From a bacterium (GTDB lineage Bacteria; JAAXHH01), in assembly GCA_963693015.1 (NCBI GenBank), contig OY843748.1, positions 3,200,395 through 3,264,394 of the forward strand: a stretch of DNA of 64,000 nucleotides, written 5' to 3'. Made by a program: the position numbers and the translations under genes. Below, piece after piece: positions 54,234 through 62,647 of the stretch. Within the stretch, counting starts at the first letter, position 1, and the number at the start of each line of letters is the position of its first letter. Below the pieces are notes generated by a model. The model was not told where the DNA came from and made no database searches. It saw nothing but the letters and a program-made list of their open reading frames with translations.

Positions 54234-55245
54234 AGTCGAATACGATGAAATCCACGAGAATCCCGATCGCTATGTAGATGCTGTATTCTCCTGCCTGGGA
54301 TCGGAATTCCTCGTGTTACCCAAAGGCGATGGTTTCGTCGAGTATCCTGTGTTCGAGCGCGGATACGAAGCGTTGAAAATCGCCACAGATGGCTTTACAG
54401 AAATCGAGCCAGACAGGATACTTCCCGTCATCATTTCTAAACCAATTGCAATTGTAGTTCTGAGGGCTATGCTTGGTTTCACACCCCCTGAATGGGGCTA
54501 TGTGACGACGCAAAGCACCGGAATCGATGTATCGCAACAGTTTATCCGATCGCTTGACAGAAAAGTCCGGCTGAATCCGGAATCCGAACTCAACCCGAAT
54601 GGTGTTACAGTAGATCGACTCAATGCCATGGTTCAAACAGCATGTCAATTACTGAAGTCAAAGACTCCCAATACACGAGAAGACCAATTGCATAGATTGG
54701 ATAAGGCTGATACGAGGCAAGGGGGCGAGGGCATTCAGCACCTATCCATGATGGGTGTCCCCTATGCCATGCTTCTATATGAACGATTTCTTGGAAGGCC
54801 CTTTGCTGGACACCGAGATTCCGTAAGTGAACTCATTGGCGATAGTCTTGAGTCGGCCATTGAGGATGTTCTTGTACAGGCTGGGATCAGCTACCGTAAA
54901 ACAGGACGCGCAGAGAAAATCGAGGGATTTGATCAGGCTCCTGACTTTATTATCCCGAGCGAATACAATCCTGTGGTCATCATCGAGGCGAAGATAACCG
55001 AGGACGACGGAACAGCCCGAGACAAGGTAACACGGATTCAACATCTTGGTGAACTGAGCGTCGCTGGTATTTCGACACGTGAACCGAGATTTCAGGTGAT
55101 AGCCTGTATTGGCGGTCGTGGTTTCGGAGTACGCCGTGAGGATATGAAGAAGTTGATAACCGCGACGAGGGGAAAGGTGTTTACAGCCAATACATTGAAC
55201 CAACTTGTCGATTGTACCCTACTTCGAGAATTCAGGAGTCGATAG
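54184..55245 (+). CDS. PD-(D/E)xK nuclease-like protein (candidate restriction endonuclease partner of the DUF1156 methyltransferase)
   Basis: ...QAPDFIIPSEYNPVVIIEAKITEDDG... fits the PD...(D/E)xK core. Three alternative ATG starts (54184, 54202, 54220) all overlap the methyltransferase stop at 54231-54233. Low GC. Confidence 0.55.
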   Translation: MKPQRSMEARWSMYPFEVEYDEIHENPDRYVDAVFSCLGSEFLVLPKGDGFVEYPVFERGYEALKIATDGFTEIEPDRILPVIISKPIAIVVLRAMLGFTPPEWGYVTTQSTGIDVSQQFIRSLDRKVRLNPESELNPNGVTVDRLNAMVQTACQLLKSKTPNTREDQLHRLDKADTRQGGEGIQHLSMMGVPYAMLLYERFLGRPFAGHRDSVSELIGDSLESAIEDVLVQAGISYRKTGRAEKIEGFDQAPDFIIPSEYNPVVIIEAKITEDDGTARDKVTRIQHLGELSVAGISTREPRFQVIACIGGRGFGVRREDMKKLITATRGKVFTANTLNQLVDCTLLREFRSR

Positions 55246-55276
55246 TTACACCGATATAGCCACCTATTACCGTAGA

Positions 55277-56266
55277 GATTCCTCAATGACTCAGCCTCGC
55301 AAACATCACTATCTGCCTCGATTCTATCTTGGAGGATTCTCAGCCAACAGTCGATCATTAAGCCAGATCGAAAAGTCAACCGGTCGAAGTTTTGTTTGTT
55401 CACTAAGAGATGTTGCAAGCATTAAAGATTATCACCGTCTCGACAAAGGCAGCACGGAAGATTCATTTGAACTAGAAAAGCACCTTGGCTCAATAGAAGG
55501 CAGGCTAGCTCGTGCCCTACGCGAAGTTTTCCAGCACGGATTAACCAATACAACTTTAACTGTTCGGTTGGTAGAACTGGTTTCATTGTTACGATTGCGT
55601 GTGCCGGCAGTTAAAACACAGATCGAAAACACCATTCGCCAAATCGCTAGAAGTTCCTCACTGCTCTTACATAGTACACGGCAGATAAAATCTACAAGCC
55701 CCGAGTGGCTGGAATCTTTACGGAAAGATGAAATCCCCATTAAGGTCTCCAACTCGTTTTGTCTAAGAATAATGTTTTCTCTGGCATACGATGTTGAAAT
55801 CCTTGAACTACTATACTCCATGAGACCGATTATAATCAAAACTCCAGACAACAGCAGCTTCATAACATGCGATCAACCAGTAGCAATCTATAACCCATCA
55901 GCAACATTTAGCCAAGCTGCTGGCGTGGCAATCGAAGATAGCGATACTGAAATAACACTTCCTTTGTCAAGCAATACGCTTTTGAAACTTGATTGGACAG
56001 AAGGAGATCCTATTCAAACAATCGCATCACCTGAAGAAGTTGACGAATACAATCGTAGATCTGTAATCATGGCTTCGTCATACGTTTTTTCGCCGACACC
56101 ATTTTCAACGAAAGCCGGTCAAATAGTTCACAACTACCGTCAGTACTCGGCCGGTATACAACCATCGCAATCAGTTGATTTTGGCCAATCGGTACTCTTT
56201 CGCCAGTTTTTTAGACCAGTACTGCAACAAACTCAATATAAGTCTTTTGAACATTCAGACGCTTAA
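55277..56266 (+). CDS. DUF4238 domain protein
   Basis: N-terminal HHYLPRFYLGGFS matches the DUF4238 hallmark as I recall it. Start MTQPRK at 55277; the track ORF is open from 55205. Confidence 0.7.
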   Translation, partial: DSSMTQPRKHHYLPRFYLGGFSANSRSLSQIEKSTGRSFVCSLRDVASIKDYHRLDKGSTEDSFELEKHLGSIEGRLARALREVFQHGLTNTTLTVRLVELVSLLRLRVPAVKTQIENTIRQIARSSSLLLHSTRQIKSTSPEWLESLRKDEIPIKVSNSFCLRIMFSLAYDVEILELLYSMRPIIIKTPDNSSFITCDQPVAIYNPSATFSQAAGVAIEDSDTEITLPLSSNTLLKLDWTEGDPIQTIASPEEVDEYNRRSVIMASSYVFSPTPFSTKAGQIVHNYRQYSAGIQPSQSVDFGQSVLFRQFFRPVLQQTQYKSFEHSDA

Positions 56267-56474
56267 ATAATGATGCGTCTACCACTAATGCTGGAGGCTG
56301 TTTGGGCACAGAGTTGATATTAACACACTATAGTTGATTTCGAGATTGTAGGAGATATCTCGAATGTAAAACAATTGCCGAGGGCCGGGGATTAGAGAAC
56401 TCGCACGACTCAGCAGGATGCATGGCTGCACGACTGGCGCAAGTTAAAGGGAGAAGGGGCCATTCGACTCCGAA

Positions 56475-56804
56475 ATGGCATTCTGCGTAGAGTGGAATTG
56501 CACTGGTACGAAGGTCATGGCATCGGTAAGTTGGAGATCAAACGCAAACGCTACCTGGACCCAGACCATGAATAACGGAAGCAACAGAAAGCCGGATTCT
56601 TACGTTGTCTGCATTGACAACGCGGACTACACGGCATCGTTGGAGAAACACAAAATCTACCGGGTTGTCCGCGACGATGCGGCAAGGGATGATGGAGATA
56701 TCCGGGTTGTTGACGAGAGTGGAGAGCACTACCTCTATCCCACGGCGAGGTTTGTCCCCATATCAGTACCGGCCGAGGTGGAGAAGTCGCTCGCTCATGA
56801 CTGA
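56475..56804 (+). CDS. Small hypothetical protein (alternative start at 56568)
   Basis: ORF with lower GC at the island edge. No family recognised. Confidence 0.35.
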   Translation: MAFCVEWNCTGTKVMASVSWRSNANATWTQTMNNGSNRKPDSYVVCIDNADYTASLEKHKIYRVVRDDAARDDGDIRVVDESGEHYLYPTARFVPISVPAEVEKSLAHD

Positions 56805-56884
56805 TGCCCGGGGATTGACCGATCACGTATGAGAAGCCGCGCGGTCACCATACCATCTTTCATTACCGAAAACAACCGAAGGAC

Positions 56885-58039
56885 CTACGCCGCATCCAGC
56901 GCCTGACCCAGGTCGGCGATGATGTCGCCGGGATCTTCGAGTCCCACCGAAACACGCGCCCCAAAGCCCTTGTCCGCATCCTCGCCCGAGGGCAGGATCA
57001 GCGTCTCCACGTCGCCCAGGCTGTACCAAGGCTTACACATCTTTAGATTTCCAATAAAACGGTCGAGCGAAACGCCGGGACGGGCGTAAAAGCGCATCAT
57101 TCCGCCATAGCCTCGAAGGTATCCGCTCGCGACCTCGTGTTGGGGATGGGATTGCAATCCGAGATAGTGCACGCGGCCAACTTTTTCGTGTTGTTCCAGG
57201 TATTCGGCCACCTGCTGAGCGCTGGCGCAGTGCCGTTCCATCCGGAATGCCAGGGTCTTGAGGCCCCTGTGCACGAGGAAGGCGTTCATGGGCGCCAGGA
57301 CGCCGCCCATGAGAATCCGCATGTGGTGGATCTGTTTCCGAATCTCTTCGTCGCGGCCGCAGACGATACCGGCCAGCGCGTCGCCGTGTCCGGCCATGTA
57401 CTTGGTCATGGCGTGCAGAACGATGTCGGCGCCGTAGTGAAGGGGCCGAAGCAGGTAGGGAGACAGAAAGGTGTTGTCGACCACGACCAGGGCGCCGGCT
57501 TCATGGGCCATCTCGGTAGCGCGGGCCAGGTCGATGAACTCCATGGAATGGGCGTATGGTTCGAAATAGACCATCCGGGTGGGTTTCTCCAGCGCTTTCT
57601 CCAGGGCGTCCAGGTCGCACAGGTTGACCAGTTCGACGTCCACGCCCCATTTCACCGGCAGCACGTCCTGGAACAGCATGTGGGTACCGGCGTAAACGGT
57701 CTCGTGGCAGACCACCCGGTCGCCGCTCCGAAGCAACCCGAACAACGTCTGGCTGACCGCCGACATGCCGCACGAGGTCGCCTGCGCCCACTCCGCACCT
57801 TCCAGGATCCTCACCTGTTCTTCGAGCGCTCCGCTGGTGGGGCCGCCCGCCCTGTCCAGGCCCCGGCCGTAGGAGTTCGTCCCTTCGTATCCCTCACGGT
57901 AGTTGGTATTCCCCTGGTAGATCGGCACCGCGGATGAGGTGCCGTGGTACCCACCGTGGATCGCGTCGGTGGTAAAGTCCCTGTTTTCGGCCGACTGGTA
58001 GTCATCGGCTGCGAAACGGAGGTCGTGGTCGTTGGACAT
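56885..58039 (-). CDS. PLP-dependent Cys/Met-metabolism enzyme (cystathionine gamma-synthase/beta-lyase / methionine gamma-lyase family)
   Basis: Conserved PLP-lysine region (HAMTKYMAGHGD) and family-wide similarity. Confidence 0.88.
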   Translation of the reverse strand: MSNDHDLRFAADDYQSAENRDFTTDAIHGGYHGTSSAVPIYQGNTNYREGYEGTNSYGRGLDRAGGPTSGALEEQVRILEGAEWAQATSCGMSAVSQTLFGLLRSGDRVVCHETVYAGTHMLFQDVLPVKWGVDVELVNLCDLDALEKALEKPTRMVYFEPYAHSMEFIDLARATEMAHEAGALVVVDNTFLSPYLLRPLHYGADIVLHAMTKYMAGHGDALAGIVCGRDEEIRKQIHHMRILMGGVLAPMNAFLVHRGLKTLAFRMERHCASAQQVAEYLEQHEKVGRVHYLGLQSHPQHEVASGYLRGYGGMMRFYARPGVSLDRFIGNLKMCKPWYSLGDVETLILPSGEDADKGFGARVSVGLEDPGDIIADLGQALDAA

Positions 58040-58301
58040 GGGATGGTATCCTCAGATATACAATACGGAATTATGGTGCTGGGGTCTGGGTCGATGCTGA
58101 ACCAATGGCAAACAGAACGAGAAAGGTCCTGGATTCTTGACTGGTTTAAGGTAAATGGGGATTAAACGGGGTCAAGTCGTATCAGCCTGATTTCACAGGA
58201 TCTCGACCCCCTAGTTCCTCACGTCACTATACAGGTCCACAGGCTGCCGTTCAGCATTAACGCTTGACGTTAATAACACGTAACGTTATTATAGGATTGG
58301 C

Positions 58302-58391
58302 GTGATCATTTCGTTCAAAGACTGGTCAACGACCAATGGCGCTTATGCTTTGTGTGGAAAAATGGCTGTGCCTTCGAAGTCGAACTTGTAG
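58302..58391 (+). pseudogene. Possible HigB/RelE-family toxin remnant (30 codons)
   Basis: GTG-initiated VIISFKDWSTTNGAY... resembles a HigB N-terminus (MIKSFKHK...) but stops after 30 codons. It lies immediately upstream of higA with an AAGGAGG RBS in the gap. Confidence 0.25.
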
Positions 58392-58412
58392 ACTATCATT
58401 AAGGAGGTAAAA

Positions 58413-58718
58413 ATGCCTTATGCCGTAGTCCCCCCGATTCATCCCGGTGAGATCCTCAAGGAAGAGTTTCTCGAACCACTGGGTCTGAGCCAGTATCGTG
58501 TTGCGGTGGATATTTCAGTTCCCCCGCGCCGTATAAACGAAATTGTACACGGCAAACGCTCCATTTCGACCGACACGGCTTTACGGCTGGCCCGTTATTT
58601 TGGAACCACGGATCGTTTCTGGCTGAATCTGCAGACACATTATGACCTGGAGTTGCAGAGGGACAGATTAGGGAAACGTCTGGAGACAGAGGTGCGTATT
58701 CTGGATCGATCGAACTGA
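58413..58718 (+). CDS. higA: HigA-family antitoxin (XRE-type HTH)
   Basis: IHPGEILKEEFLEPLGLSQYRVAVDISVPPRRINEIVHGKRSISTDTALRLARYFGTT is the canonical HigA sequence. Confidence 0.88.
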   Translation: MPYAVVPPIHPGEILKEEFLEPLGLSQYRVAVDISVPPRRINEIVHGKRSISTDTALRLARYFGTTDRFWLNLQTHYDLELQRDRLGKRLETEVRILDRSN

Positions 58719-58732
58719 AACCGGGAATATCC

Positions 58733-59737
58733 ATGTCCCAGCATCCCGCATACCTTCCCAGTCTGGCGTCCGAAGCCGGGATAGGTCTCAATTCCATCCG
58801 ATGCGTAGAATCGCTCAATACCGGCGTAACCAACCGGACATCCCTCGTCGTTCTGCGGGACGATACACGCTTCATCCTTCGCGAGTACGAGTGGCCTTAC
58901 GCTTCAGGCGACAACCTTCGCAGGCTCGAAAAAGAGCTCTATCTGCACGATCTGCTTCTTAAATACGGCGTACCGGTGCCTGCCATCGTCGCGAAGCACG
59001 AGGACGGAAGTACGGGTGCCGTGCTGATGGAGTATAAACCGGGGCAACTCCTTGGAACCGTCGTAGATACCCTGCCTGAAACCCCACGCGCCGAGGCCTG
59101 GCGGGCTGTCGGTGCAGCTTTACGAAAGGTGCATTCCATCCAGCTGCCAGATGGCTGTTCGGGCGTGATCGTCGGAGAAGGCGTACAACCCTTTGAAGAA
59201 GGATCCTGGGGCGACTTTCATTACCACCAGGCTATACAGCATGCGGAAAACCTGCTGAAAAGGGATATGGGATTCAGTTTCGACCTGGCGTCGATGAAGC
59301 GCGTGTTGAAGCAGGCGATACCTGTTCTGAATGAAAGGCCCCTGGTCCTGTTGCACAACGATCCCCACCCCTGGAACGTGCTTGTTCGCGAGGTGGCCGG
59401 CCAATGGACTTGTTCGGCGTGGCTCGACTGGGAATATGCGTGGGCTGGCGATCCGACCTGGGACCTCGCCAGGCTGGATCTTTTCCGGTTGAAGCCGATC
59501 GGCCCCACGCCGGCAGCTTTCTTTGAAGGATACGGCAAAGCTCCGAAAGATCCTGAACGGACGATCTACGAACTGTCCATTTACCTTTGGATGGCAAACC
59601 AGTACCTGGATGGAGAGGTGGACGAGGAGCGCGTGCTGATGCCTACCTACGAGGCGGCGATGCAGTACCTGGGCCGGATCGACGAAGCGGTGGAGCGGAT
59701 CGATAGAGCGCTTCAAAGGGCCGAGCGACTGTCTTGA
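58733..59737 (+). CDS. Phosphotransferase (APH / aminoglycoside phosphotransferase-like kinase) family protein
   Basis: Brenner-type catalytic loop LLHNDPHPWNVLV and a downstream D-W-E motif (LDWEYA). Confidence 0.8.
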   Translation: MSQHPAYLPSLASEAGIGLNSIRCVESLNTGVTNRTSLVVLRDDTRFILREYEWPYASGDNLRRLEKELYLHDLLLKYGVPVPAIVAKHEDGSTGAVLMEYKPGQLLGTVVDTLPETPRAEAWRAVGAALRKVHSIQLPDGCSGVIVGEGVQPFEEGSWGDFHYHQAIQHAENLLKRDMGFSFDLASMKRVLKQAIPVLNERPLVLLHNDPHPWNVLVREVAGQWTCSAWLDWEYAWAGDPTWDLARLDLFRLKPIGPTPAAFFEGYGKAPKDPERTIYELSIYLWMANQYLDGEVDEERVLMPTYEAAMQYLGRIDEAVERIDRALQRAERLS

Positions 59738-59777
59738 AAATACCTGTGAGGAGTTGGTCTGCTTGCAGTAGAAGGAG

Positions 59778-60215
59778 GTGATCATGGATTCGGTTTTCAC
59801 CAGGATAAACCGAGGGGAGTTGCCCGCATACTTCGTATGGAGCGACGACCACGTGGTCGCGTTCCTCTCCAAGTCGCCTTACAACACGGGACATACGCTG
59901 GTGGTTCCACGATTGGAGGTCGATCACTGGATAGACCTTGAACCGGCGTTGCTACAACGGATTATGATGGTTTCGCACGAAGTTGGAAAGGCCATCCAAC
60001 AGGCGTTCAGTCCGGTCAAAGTGGGCATGCTGATCGGGGGTCTGGAGGTCCGTCACGTACACGTGCACCTGTCCCCTGTGAATACCGTGCACGACTTTGA
60101 CTATGATCGCCAGGAGTTGAACCCGGAACCGGAGGAACTTGAGCAGGCCGCGGAGAAGATCCGCTCCGCGCTTCGAGAAATGGGCCACACTGCGGTTGTT
60201 CCTGGGGATGAATGA
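59778..60215 (+). CDS. HIT-family (histidine triad) hydrolase
   Basis: VRHVHVHL histidine triad. Confidence 0.85.
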   Translation: MIMDSVFTRINRGELPAYFVWSDDHVVAFLSKSPYNTGHTLVVPRLEVDHWIDLEPALLQRIMMVSHEVGKAIQQAFSPVKVGMLIGGLEVRHVHVHLSPVNTVHDFDYDRQELNPEPEELEQAAEKIRSALREMGHTAVVPGDE

Positions 60216-60220
60216 ACATA

Positions 60221-60280
60221 CCGGATCAGATGTCCCCGGATCAGATGTCCCCGGATCAGATGTCCCCGGATCAGAGTTCC
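60221..60280. repeat. 15-bp direct tandem repeat x4 (CCGGATCAGATGTCC; last copy degenerate)
   Basis: Three exact copies, then ccggatcagagttcc. Starts 6 nt after the HIT stop codon. Confidence 0.9.
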
Positions 60281-60460
60281 GCGCCCTTGTCGATAATGCT
60301 CTGGTCATCTTGTTTTTGAGAAAAACTGAACGTTTTCCCTCTCGTATTCCTTGACGTATACTAAACATAAATTTAGTATATGAAATTATGCGAATGGATT
60401 CCGGAACGGAGAAACGGGATTCCGCCAGCCATAGCGACACCGCTACGAGAGGAGCATCGA

Positions 60461-61387
60461 ATGTTCACCGCTTACACGGGGAACAGCCACTATTGCTATA
60501 GCAACAGCCTTCACATGTGTCTGAAGCAGGCCGGTATGGTGAATCTACCGGATGCCGGTCTGCTGGAATGCATGACGGGTCAGCCGTTCGGTACCCTTTT
60601 CCTGCAGTTTGAAACGCCTCTGTTCTTCTCAAGCCACGCCAACCTCAATCCACACAGCGGGCTGTCCCGCGCTCTGAGCATCCTGGGCTGGAACTGTACC
60701 TTATGGCAGGGTGACGATGCCCAATCTGCCCTTGATGCATTGAAGGAATCCCTGAAGAAGGGTCCCGTACTGCTTGGCCCCCTGGATCTGGGTTTCCTTC
60801 CCTATGATCCGAATCACGCGCTGAAACGCGGGGGAGACCATTTCATTGTGGTCCTGAAATTCGACGGCGAACGCGTACAAGTACATGACCCGCAGTTCTA
60901 TCCTTTCGCGGTACTGCCGGTCGATGATCTCATGCGCGCATGGTGTGCCACTGACCTCGGCTATGCGACTTGCGCATACACGCTACGTGGTGATTTCCGA
61001 GAAGAGCGGCAAGTGTCGACCGATGACATGCTGAAGGATACCCTGGAAAACGCACGGGAACTGATCCATGCGACGCCTACCGGTCCGGTCTTTTTTGGAG
61101 GATCGAAGGCGTTCCGTCTGGCCGCCGAGGTGATCCACAATCGCCCGTCGCAAGCTTTCGCGGGGATGCTGGTCCATTTCGTCCTTCCGATAGGCGCACG
61201 GCGCTGCCTGGATGCGGCTGACTTCATGAAGTCGGTAGGCCAAACGCAAGCTGCGGAGTGGATGGTGAAGAAAGCCGAATCGTATGGCTTGGCGCAGTAC
61301 TTTGCCACGCAGGAAGATTGGAAAGGTACGGAGGCGTTATTCAAGGAACTGGCGGAGATTGAAGAGAGGATCGTGGAGTGTGTGTAG
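60461..61387 (+). CDS. BtrH_N/DUF4872-like protein (papain/C39-like fold)
   Basis: Start MFTAYTGNSHYCYSNSLHMCLKQAGM resembles the BtrH N-terminal domain with a candidate catalytic Cys. The track ORF is open from 60380. Confidence 0.55.
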   Translation: MFTAYTGNSHYCYSNSLHMCLKQAGMVNLPDAGLLECMTGQPFGTLFLQFETPLFFSSHANLNPHSGLSRALSILGWNCTLWQGDDAQSALDALKESLKKGPVLLGPLDLGFLPYDPNHALKRGGDHFIVVLKFDGERVQVHDPQFYPFAVLPVDDLMRAWCATDLGYATCAYTLRGDFREERQVSTDDMLKDTLENARELIHATPTGPVFFGGSKAFRLAAEVIHNRPSQAFAGMLVHFVLPIGARRCLDAADFMKSVGQTQAAEWMVKKAESYGLAQYFATQEDWKGTEALFKELAEIEERIVECV

Positions 61388-61451
61388 CTGAGGCGTTACT
61401 GGAATCGTCTAAATCCGGTAAGCACCCATTTATACTAATCAGGATCGGAAC

Positions 61452-61871
61452 ATGAAGATCAACCATCTTTCCATTACGACGAAAAACCCGGAACGGGTCG
61501 CCACCATTTTGGCCGAGTTGACCGACGGTACTACGAGCCCCTTTCCATCCAAGACCATGGAAGGGGCATGGATGTGCGTGTGGGATAAGCAGGCTGGTGA
61601 ATTGATCGAGGTGATTCCAGACCGGTATCTGCTCTGTCCCGGCAAGTACGCCGCGGAATACCGGTTGCTCGACGTCGAGCAGAACTTCAACTCAACGCAT
61701 TTCCAACTTGAAACAGAGCAAAGCCTCGACCACCTGAAAGCAGTGGCGGAAAAACACGAACTCTACCACCGCTTTCGGCCGAGGCTAGGCGGACCGCTCT
61801 ATGAAGTATGGATTGAACCCCAGATCCTGGTCGAATTCGTCTCCGACGAGATCAGAAACCTCGAGCCCTGA
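61452..61871 (+). CDS. VOC/glyoxalase-like small protein (tentative)
   Basis: 139 aa. MKINHLSITTKNPERVATILAEL resembles the first beta-alpha-beta-beta-beta module of VOC proteins. Confidence 0.4.
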   Translation: MKINHLSITTKNPERVATILAELTDGTTSPFPSKTMEGAWMCVWDKQAGELIEVIPDRYLLCPGKYAAEYRLLDVEQNFNSTHFQLETEQSLDHLKAVAEKHELYHRFRPRLGGPLYEVWIEPQILVEFVSDEIRNLEP

Positions 61872-61904
61872 TTACAACGTCAAGCCCGGCTGGTCAAGCC
61901 CCGA

Positions 61905-62480
61905 TCACCCCCCAATCATCCCCAGGATCTCTACCAGGTGGTCGGTCGACGGTCGGTCGAAGGGATCCGAACCCACGTACTTGAACCGAAGCACGCCTTC
62001 CTTGTCGATGATGAAGGCGGTGGGGATGACTTCGGTCCCCTTGTCGGTCGTTTTCTCGATCTTGAACTTCGTGGGTATGGCTCGATCCGGGTCGGCGAGT
62101 ACGGGGAAGGAAAGCGCCTCCCGCGTGACTTTCGACTTGGCGACGAAATCCTGGGTCTGTTCCAGATCTTCAGGATTGATGAAGAGGAGTTCCGTGTCGA
62201 GTGCCGCTATACGTTCGTAGTCGGATTGCAACTGCCCCAGTTGCCGTAAGCAAAGGGGTCACCAGTAGCCGATCCAGCCGCGGTCGACGACCACCAGCAG
62301 GTTCTTGCTGCCCTTGTAATCGGCGAAGTTGACGGTCTCGCCGTTCACGTCCTGCAGGCTGTACTCCGGTGCGGGCTGACCTACCCTCGGAGCCAGGTTT
62401 CGGGGTTGCGCATCGGCGGTTTCCGCCACCAGGCCGACCAGCGCCAGGGCGAAGCACCACCGCGCCAGTACGCGTACCAT
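61905..62480 (-). CDS. TlpA/ResA-like periplasmic thiol-disulfide oxidoreductase (redoxin family), putative selenoprotein with in-frame UGA (minus-strand codon at 62261-62259) replacing the first Cys of WCxxC
   Basis: Two track ORFs (62259-62480 and 61905-62231) are in the same frame, separated only by a TGA: ...LLVVVDRGWIGYW-[UGA]-PLCLRQLGQLQSDYERIAALD... The combined 191-aa product has a signal peptide and a full redoxin fold (PVLADPD..., FIIDKEGVL...). Confidence 0.6.
62228..62244 (-). promoter_or_regulatory. SECIS-like hairpin 14 nt downstream of the in-frame UGA (GCAACUG-GGG-CAGUUGC)
   Basis: Perfect 7-bp inverted repeat on the mRNA strand starting 14 nt after the UGA. This is the position expected for a bacterial SECIS element. 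Confidence 0.4.
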
Positions 62481-62647
62481 AGTCTCCCTCCTCGTTTTGG
62501 AAGTCGTCCTTCCCGTTTCATGGCAATTCGCTTGCGTTTTGTCCCTTTTAATATAACCTACCCCGGTACGCCTGTTAACTTCATTTTTAATGTCTTGTTT
62601 CTGTCATACTTTGATCACGTAACGAGATTCCAAGGAGCCGCCTCCCC

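Noticed and set aside
61905-62480. Alternative reading of the split redoxin as a simple nonsense pseudogene
   Set aside because: Considered, but the stop coincides exactly with the catalytic Cys position of WCxxC. The rest of the frame is intact with all redoxin motifs, and a stable hairpin follows at SECIS distance. Selenoprotein is the more parsimonious call, though unproven.
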